From Abditibacteriaceae bacterium (GTDB taxonomy: Bacteria > Armatimonadota > Abditibacteriia > Abditibacteriales > Abditibacteriaceae), in the NCBI GenBank assembly GCA_031425655.1, contig JANPJS010000267.1, forward strand, positions 1 through 64,000: a stretch of DNA of 64,000 nt. Direction: 5' to 3'. How positions within the stretch are numbered: the first letter of the stretch is position 1; each line of letters starts with the position of its first letter. The notes beneath the pieces are model-generated. The model ran no database searches and was not told where the DNA came from. It worked only from the letters and a program-made list of their open reading frames with translations. This document shows, piece by piece, positions 57,504 through 64,000 of this stretch. A program made the translations under genes and the position numbers.

Positions 57504-58865
57504 ATGATCTTTTTCCATGTCCTAATCACCCTGTTATGTGGAGCAATTTGTTTTCATGCTGTGCGAGATATTCGTCTCTATTTTCCGCGGTTTCTGATGT
57601 TTGGTGGCTTAGGTTTAATTCATGGATTGGTGCCCTTAATTACTCCTGCGGCGTTGCACAGCAAAGAGTTTTTGCCGAGTAGCCGCGATGAAGCGGCTCT
57701 TTTCGCCTTCATTTCGATTTTGATGTTGGCGTTCGGCTGGTTTTTTGCGGATTCCGTAATGCACCGCCGCCCGGTGCCCCTTGACGATTTAGTGAGTGTC
57801 ATCGAAAGCCCCAGAGGACAAAAATTGTATCGCCGTTTGTTCTGGATAAGTCTCATTGCGGGCACATGTGGCTGGATTCTTTACTTCTGGAGTGCCGGCG
57901 CTTCACTCGCCTCGTTGATAATGGCCACACGTTTTGAATACCGGAGCGCGGGCGATACACCTTTGAAAGTGCTCGGTATTCACTTAGTAAGCCTGACTTT
58001 TATGCCCGGCTTCTTGTGCTTCTTTTTGCCTAAAAATTATCGCATCATCGGCATTTTTTACGCGGTAACTCTGGCTGTTTTAAGCTTCACTATACTTGCT
58101 GTCGGCACACGCTCGATTTCGCTGGCTATGATTGGTGCTTTTGGTGTGGCTTATATCCTTCGCACCAAAGTTTCACCAGGATCGTTTTTCGCGATAGTTG
58201 GTGTTTCAGTTTCGCTATTTATACTGGCCGTTTCGCTTTACGAAGTGCGCAAAGTGATGTCCAATCAATCAGTATCCGAAGTCGCATCGCTGGTATTGGA
58301 TGCTAATACTTATCAAAATGCTCTTGTTAGCGACCCACTGAATTATCATGAGCATACGGTTGGTGCAATTGAGAGTTTTCCGCGAAAACACCCGTTTCTT
58401 GAGGGAGCAACTTACCGCCGCATACTGTTTTTCCTTATCCCCAATTCCGTCATCCCTGGTTTGAAGCCGGAAGACACTAATATGGTGTTTGCCAACGTTG
58501 TTTACAACAAGAACCCCGCGCTCATGGTCACGGTTCCGCCAAGTATTCCCGGTGATGCTTACATCAATTTCTGGGGTTGGCCAGGGGTGTTCGTTTTGTT
58601 TTTTGAAGGGATGTTTTTTGCCTGGATCAGTTATCTGATGCAGACGAACCTGCTGTGGTTTTCTGCATTTGGGCCTCAGTTCGCGCGTTTTACCTTCTTA
58701 GCACCTCGTGGCCAACCGTATGACCTATTCGTCATGATTGCCTTTGTGTTGATTGCAACATCGGTGTTAATGCGCTTATGTGGCTATTCGTTCCGCACGG
58801 CACAGCGCGATATCGCTCGTAGGACCAGAGTCCGATTAAAAACCCGTAACGATCTGATTATTTAG
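57504..58865 (+). CDS. Candidate Wzy polysaccharide polymerase
   Basis: Many TM segments, large periplasmic loop, GDAYINFWG; position in locus. Confidence 0.7.
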   Translation: MIFFHVLITLLCGAICFHAVRDIRLYFPRFLMFGGLGLIHGLVPLITPAALHSKEFLPSSRDEAALFAFISILMLAFGWFFADSVMHRRPVPLDDLVSVIESPRGQKLYRRLFWISLIAGTCGWILYFWSAGASLASLIMATRFEYRSAGDTPLKVLGIHLVSLTFMPGFLCFFLPKNYRIIGIFYAVTLAVLSFTILAVGTRSISLAMIGAFGVAYILRTKVSPGSFFAIVGVSVSLFILAVSLYEVRKVMSNQSVSEVASLVLDANTYQNALVSDPLNYHEHTVGAIESFPRKHPFLEGATYRRILFFLIPNSVIPGLKPEDTNMVFANVVYNKNPALMVTVPPSIPGDAYINFWGWPGVFVLFFEGMFFAWISYLMQTNLLWFSAFGPQFARFTFLAPRGQPYDLFVMIAFVLIATSVLMRLCGYSFRTAQRDIARRTRVRLKTRNDLII

Positions 58866-58996
58866 TGCATAGCAGAACATGATTAAACTCATTGCCCTTG
58901 AGGCGCCTTGAGAGCCATCTTTCCATAGAGCTTTCTGACCTGCCGTCACCATCTCGTTAAACCTCTTACCTAAATGCTGGTTCATTTGATCTTACT

Positions 58997-60115
58997 ATGA
59001 GCATTGAATCTCGGCTTCCTGCGCCAAAGGCACGAAAAGCGAATTGCTTCGATTTTCTGCGTTTGCTGGCGGCTCTTGCTGTGGTGATCCAGCATTCGAC
59101 CTATCATTTGGATTTGCCGTTTCTATGGATGGAACGAGGCAGTAGATGGTGGTTCTATGATGGTGTGCCGTTGTTTTTCATTATCAGCGGATTGTTTGTC
59201 TACCCCTCCTGTGAAAACTGCCTGCGCCAACAGCGCCCGGTCCGAGAATACTTTCGCAACCGTTTATTGCGTGTATGCCCGGCGTTGTATTTTTACGCTT
59301 TTGCAACGCCGCTGTTGCTTTTCGGGCTGGGTTTGCTCAGTGTCAATGTGATGTCGAATCCGCTTTTTTACGCGTGGTTGGGCAGCATTTTGTGTTTAAT
59401 CCCGGTTTATAATCCGCCGTTTTTCCGTCCGATCGGCATCGGCGTATTAAACGGAAGTTTGTGGACGATTCCGGTTGAGGTCAGCTTTTATGTCACAGTG
59501 CCGGTATTGGTGCTCATAGCGCGTCGCTGGAATTTCAAAACCATGTGCCTCTTATTGGCGCTGGTAGCTTTGATAGGCGCTGTTTTGCACGGCGTCATGG
59601 GCAAGGAAACGTTGCTGGCCAAACTTATAGGTCTGACGTTTTTGCCTCATTTGTCGTTTTTCGCGTTGGGCATTTTCTGGTCACGAGCTTGGAATCGCGT
59701 GCCGCAATCAGGTTGGCTGGCTGTGTTGGCAGCGATAGGTTACATTGTTTTGAGATCGTTGGAGCCGATCACAAGCGATAATCTGGGGCCGTTGTGGGGC
59801 GTTCCGCTCAGTTATGTGGTGCTGTGGGTCGGTTATCACGGCCCAGCGATTTTGTCGCGCGTTATGGGAAAAATTGGTGATCTCAGTTACGGCGTTTACA
59901 TCTGGCATATGGTGGTTGTCAATGTATTCTTAGCTTACGCACTACCTCAGCGTTGGTCTTCCCTGCCCGGAACATTGCTAATTATGCTACTTATTGCCAT
60001 TACTATGTTATTAGCCCTGATTTCGTGGTGGGTCATTGAGAAACCAATTTTAGCCCGCAAAAAATATAGTTCGCGCGATCCTGCATTGCGGACATCAACC
60101 GAAGCCGTGCAGTGA
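58997..60115 (+). CDS. Acyltransferase-3 (OafA-like) membrane O-acyltransferase
   Basis: FDFLRLLAA..V...H, FFIISG, NGSLWTIPVEV, DLSYGVYIWH, IEKP. Confidence 0.92.
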   Translation: MSIESRLPAPKARKANCFDFLRLLAALAVVIQHSTYHLDLPFLWMERGSRWWFYDGVPLFFIISGLFVYPSCENCLRQQRPVREYFRNRLLRVCPALYFYAFATPLLLFGLGLLSVNVMSNPLFYAWLGSILCLIPVYNPPFFRPIGIGVLNGSLWTIPVEVSFYVTVPVLVLIARRWNFKTMCLLLALVALIGAVLHGVMGKETLLAKLIGLTFLPHLSFFALGIFWSRAWNRVPQSGWLAVLAAIGYIVLRSLEPITSDNLGPLWGVPLSYVVLWVGYHGPAILSRVMGKIGDLSYGVYIWHMVVVNVFLAYALPQRWSSLPGTLLIMLLIAITMLLALISWWVIEKPILARKKYSSRDPALRTSTEAVQ

Positions 60116-60373
60116 ATGAGACTATAGCGACACCAGAGGAACCGCTGGCAGGAGCCAGAGAAATTTGATCTATTTTTACAGTTCCGCGAGAGTCTGAAGT
60201 GCAACAATTCCCTTTGATTGCTTCGTTTTCTTATAAAGACTTCGTTCGTGAGTGGTCTGGTTCTCCCCTAACCCCTCTCAATGAGAAAACATGACACATT
60301 GAAAAACAGAATCTGACCCTTCACGATATCGCTCCTTCCCTGTGGAGAGATTTGGTGAGGGCTTCCCCGATTT

Positions 60374-61555
60374 ATGCAAGAAGTCTTGAGTGTTCCTTCT
60401 AAAAATGATGCAGCGCCACGCGAGTCTATTTTGCTCGTTGGCGGCATTCCTCAACCGACAGGCGGCGTGACGCAGCATGTGTGGCGTCTATCCTTGCGAC
60501 TGGCCGCCGAAGGCTGTGCAATTTGCGATATTCATCCCAGTGCCAACAAATATTTGACGCCCGGCGTCGCTTTGCGTGTGGCACCTGCTGCCGGTTGGCG
60601 AAGTTTTCCGTGGATGCTACAACAAGTGGCGCAATCGCCCGCGAAAATCGTGCATTTTCATGTTTCGCTCCCATATATGCTTGGTGTATGTGGCCCATTG
60701 CTACAACACGCGGCACGCGGCAAATTCAAAATGCTGACGTTGCATCATGGCGATCAAGCAGGAACGTATCGCAGAATGCGTTCTGGCTTGCGGCAGGCCG
60801 CCCGTTCAGCATTGCGCCAATTCGACCTCATCGTTTGTTTATCTGCTGAGCAGCGCCAATTCTACGAACATGGTCTCAGCATCCCCGCCGAGCGGCTTTA
60901 CGATGCAAGTAGTTACATCGCTTTACCACATGACATCGTTGAGGCTTTGCCTGCCATTCCCTCAATCGCCGCCAGTAATTTTGGCGATACGTTATTAGTT
61001 GTTTCAGGCTATGCTTCGCCGTCTTACCGCCACGAGCAAGCCATACAATTGGCGGACGAACTGCGCGCTGAACGTAATGGCACCAGTGTGAACTTTGGTG
61101 ATGTGCATCTGGCGATATGCCTCTATGGTCAGGTGGAGCATCTCGAATACCTGGCTAAAATTAAAAAGTTAGCGGCAACACGCCCCTGGGTGCATTTATC
61201 ATTTGGACTTGAATTTCCCGAATTCATGGCTATTTTACGACGCGCCGCTCTCTTATTGCGTCCAACTGTGATTGATAGTTACGGGATGGTGGTCGCCGAC
61301 GCTATCGCGATGGGCGTGCCGGCCATTGCGTCTGATATATGTGCGCGGCATCCGGGCGCAATGCTATTTCCCGCTGATGATTATGCAGCTTTCAGTGCCG
61401 TCACGCGCGCAGCTTTAGCCGATTTGGCAGGCATCCGGCAAAGGTTGGCACAACATGATTGGAGTGACGTGCCCGAACCAGCGTTAACGATCTACACTCG
61501 TGTGCTGAAATCTGATAAGAAATCAATGGCTCAGACAAACTTAACAAAACGGTAA
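60374..61555 (+). CDS. Glycosyltransferase, GT4-like
   Basis: PTGGVTQH, RPT..DSYGMVVADAIAMGVPAIASD. Confidence 0.85.
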   Translation: MQEVLSVPSKNDAAPRESILLVGGIPQPTGGVTQHVWRLSLRLAAEGCAICDIHPSANKYLTPGVALRVAPAAGWRSFPWMLQQVAQSPAKIVHFHVSLPYMLGVCGPLLQHAARGKFKMLTLHHGDQAGTYRRMRSGLRQAARSALRQFDLIVCLSAEQRQFYEHGLSIPAERLYDASSYIALPHDIVEALPAIPSIAASNFGDTLLVVSGYASPSYRHEQAIQLADELRAERNGTSVNFGDVHLAICLYGQVEHLEYLAKIKKLAATRPWVHLSFGLEFPEFMAILRRAALLLRPTVIDSYGMVVADAIAMGVPAIASDICARHPGAMLFPADDYAAFSAVTRAALADLAGIRQRLAQHDWSDVPEPALTIYTRVLKSDKKSMAQTNLTKR

Positions 61556-61596
61556 AAAGCCGCACCCCAAGCGAAAGAATTTTTAACGGTGACGTC

Positions 61597-61879
61597 TTAG
61601 AAACAGTTTGAAAAGTGGCTTAGAGCTTTTCACCATAAGCCGAATCAAGGTGAGATAGACGAAGGCTTCGCTGGTCAGAGTCAGTTCTTCGTAATCTTTA
61701 CTTAACCGTCGGCAATGCCCCCAGCCAAAGGTGCGTTCAACCAGTCAGTGTTTGGGCAAAAGCACGAAGCCTTTTTGCTCATCGCTTCGCAACACAGGTT
61801 GCAAGTGGCGTTTTCGGCCTTTGATCTTCTTGCCATTATCAAAACCACGCTCCCCTTTTATGTTGGCGCATTTGACACG
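61597..61879 (-). mobile_element. Decayed IS5-family (IS1031-like) transposase remnant
   Basis: GFDNGKKIKGRKRH, then KGFVLLPKH*LVERTFGW...RRLSKDYE...SEAFVYL (internal deletion and stop); end-like TTAGAAACAGTTTGAAAAGT. Confidence 0.85.
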
Positions 61880-62086
61880 TTGCAAACCCGTTGTGTCGGC
61901 AGTGAAAGCGAATTCGCCGTTGCCCACCGAAAGCGCCGAATACGGGTCGAAATTCGTGACGTGCGGGTTGTGGCGCGTGACAAGAGCGTGTCGGTCTATC
62001 GGTGGCATTTTGGCAGTCTGGGCGTGCCCGGCGACACAGAATGCGGTATTCAACGCGAAAAATGTGGTGCGCGCGGGCAATTTCAT
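61880..62086 (-). pseudogene. Displaced 5' end of the six-hairpin glycosidase gene with a different leader peptide
   Basis: PPIDRHALVTRHNP...TADTTGLQ nearly identical to the 47422-49533 N-terminus; truncated at the IS remnant. Confidence 0.88.
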
Positions 62087-63120
62087 CTGTGAGCGGGTGA
62101 CCTGGCGGTTGTTTTCTCGGTGCGGTCGAGTAGAGGAATATCAATCATCAAAGGCCAGCGATTATCGCAGGAGATGGCTGCTTTCAATCGTAATTTGTGG
62201 GCTTTTGGAGCCAATTTTGATGAAAACTCAACTTCTGCTGTTGGGATTGTGCCTCCTGGAGGCGCGTGGCAACTCATGGCCATTCCTTCAGGGCCGAGTG
62301 GAGAGAAGACTTTTTGATCATATTTATGCACAATGCCCTTTTCATCAACCCAATGCCAGTCAATTACTCTATTGAATATAAATGAAAGCGATTCTTTGCC
62401 CTGTGAATCGGGAAAAGTATTGGCAAAATGAAGCAACATCGAGCGATCAAGTGTTTTTTCGAGTGGAAATTCCACAGGAGCCAAGTGATATTTTAGTGAG
62501 AGGTATGGGTTCTTGGAAACTACGGGCAGTTCGATGATCTCATCTTTGCCACGCAGCAACAGAGACTTTGATTCCCATGTCCACACCGCGCCGGGTTGCT
62601 TTCTGAAACGTGCGATAGACTCTGCACTTATCTCAAACTTGTGGGAACTGCGATCAGGCACCGGGCGCAAGCCAACATCGAGTTCCAGCCAGATTTCACC
62701 CCAATCACGAGGCACGTCCCGCAAAGCAAAGCCGAACACAGCCTTACCAGTCATGCCGACATAAAAATTGTAATTCGGGCCACATTTGCGATAAATTGCG
62801 CCAAATTGCAGGTCATCGCTACGAAACAACAAGCGATCTTTCCCATTAGTTCGGGCCACTACTCGCACGCATTGCACCCATTGGGCCGAATACTCAGGCA
62901 AGCTAAGATGCTTGCCCTTTACATTGATGACAACTCTCGTATCGCGTCCCGCCCACACGTCTACCGGATAAGGCGTTTCTTTAATGATTTGCGCTGTAAT
63001 ACCAAATTTCGGTTTGGTGGACGGCGGATTTTTCTCGCGCCACCAAGCGAACGTGACCAAACCACAAATCGGCAGCAGCATGACCAGCATTTCGCGGCGG
63101 AACTTTTTCACGGTATTCAA
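62083..63120 (-). CDS. Membrane-anchored hypothetical protein (paralog P2 of 44017-45051)
   Basis: N-terminal TM; YPVDVWAGRDT, SCDNRWPLMIDIPLLDRT. Confidence 0.8.
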   Translation of the reverse strand: MNTVKKFRREMLVMLLPICGLVTFAWWREKNPPSTKPKFGITAQIIKETPYPVDVWAGRDTRVVINVKGKHLSLPEYSAQWVQCVRVVARTNGKDRLLFRSDDLQFGAIYRKCGPNYNFYVGMTGKAVFGFALRDVPRDWGEIWLELDVGLRPVPDRSSHKFEISAESIARFRKQPGAVWTWESKSLLLRGKDEIIELPVVSKNPYLSLKYHLAPVEFPLEKTLDRSMLLHFANTFPDSQGKESLSFIFNRVIDWHWVDEKGIVHKYDQKVFSPLGPEGMAMSCHAPPGGTIPTAEVEFSSKLAPKAHKLRLKAAISCDNRWPLMIDIPLLDRTEKTTARSPAHR

Positions 63121-63182
63121 GCAGCCGGCAGGAGGCCGCCAATAAGATTCTCTGTTGACCGCCTCCTGCCGTCGCCGCCTGC

Positions 63183-64000
63183 TTACTTCGCTTTAACGCG
63201 CAGCACCGTGAGCGAATTCGCCGGAAAAGTGTGCGCGAAAACCGGCGCGGCGCCGGTGAACGTGAGCGTGCGCGTGGCGACGTTTTGCGGGGCGTCTAAA
63301 GTGTTTTCGTCGTTCGGCTGGCCGGTCAGCACTTGCGCCGCGACGGTTTTTTCGACTTGCGTGGCGCCTTGTAAATCAACGTGCAGCAGTTGCGGCGTCG
63401 CAGAAACGTTGACGACTTTGACAATCACGTCGCCGCTTTTCTCGTCGCGGCTGGCCGTTGAATAAAGCGGCGCCAGAGGAGTTTGCATATCCTTGATTTC
63501 CTGCACCAAGCGCCCATCGAGATAGCCTTTGACCGTATCGCCTTTGAGTTCGAGACGAATGTCATACCAGCGTCCCGTCTCGATTTTGTCGGTTGTAGAC
63601 TGGCCGACTTCGTATTTGCTGCCGCCGAAGTTGCGCTCGAAGGCGCTGCGCGTGTTGCCCCAGCCGCCTAAATTCCACCACAGATAATCGTCGCCTTTGA
63701 CGCCGACCAAAACCATGAAGCCTTCGCGTCCGCTCAGTTTTCGCGCTTTCAGACTCAGGGTGTAATCGCTCCAATTTTCGTCGCCGAACGTGGCGCGCAC
63801 ATTTTCGGCTTCGCTGGTCTGGCGCAACAGGCCGTCTGGTGTGGCCCACGCGCCGTTTTGCAATTTCCAGCCTTTGCTGCCGCCCGAAAAGTCGCTTTGA
63901 TACAGAACTTTATCGCCCTGCGTGACTTTGATGTCTTTGTATTCGGCGCCTGTCAGCCACGTTCCCACGCCAACCGCGCCGCTCAGTTTGGGCGCTTCGA
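63183..64000 (-). CDS. GH51 alpha-L-arabinofuranosidase-like protein, C-terminal part (runs off window)
   Basis: WNLGGWGN beta-sandwich; IVKVVN...N..DAP..V...FPANSLTVLR C-terminal domain. Confidence 0.8.
   Translation of the reverse strand, partial: EAPKLSGAVGVGTWLTGAEYKDIKVTQGDKVLYQSDFSGGSKGWKLQNGAWATPDGLLRQTSEAENVRATFGDENWSDYTLSLKARKLSGREGFMVLVGVKGDDYLWWNLGGWGNTRSAFERNFGGSKYEVGQSTTDKIETGRWYDIRLELKGDTVKGYLDGRLVQEIKDMQTPLAPLYSTASRDEKSGDVIVKVVNVSATPQLLHVDLQGATQVEKTVAAQVLTGQPNDENTLDAPQNVATRTLTFTGAAPVFAHTFPANSLTVLRVKAK

Overview
Bacterial, GC-rich window; gene content and repeat style suggest an Abditibacteriota/Armatimonadota-like organism (inference only). Left to right: (1) SDR, a hybrid histidine kinase with an ETR1-type ethylene-binding domain, a membrane Ser/Thr kinase and a GT4; (2) a nitrogen locus (GlnR-like regulator, GlnR-box-like site, glnB, glnA) followed by two integrase-free cargo segments, each closed by a ~120-bp copy of the glnA 3' end; (3) miscellaneous enzymes; (4) a ~12-kb defence cluster with Vsr + GHKL/MORC ATPase-nuclease + cytosine MTase, DarTG, a GNAT, and an unclassified five-gene operon built on two BrxD/DUF2791-like ATPases plus a SNF2 helicase; (5) a glycan-degradation cluster (SASA esterase, BNR, GH106, GH29, GH53, SGNH, six-hairpin GH, GH51) interrupted by a truncated Roco-like LRR gene, two paralogous orphan genes and an AT-richer Wzx/Wzy polysaccharide island. 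The most striking unexplained pattern: accessory DNA is repeatedly bounded by 70-130-bp duplicated gene ends that differ mainly at synonymous sites, with no recombinase in the window. Intergenic spaces hold many palindromic and heptameric repeat families, some translated in frame within proteins. No rRNA, tRNA or CRISPR array was recognised.
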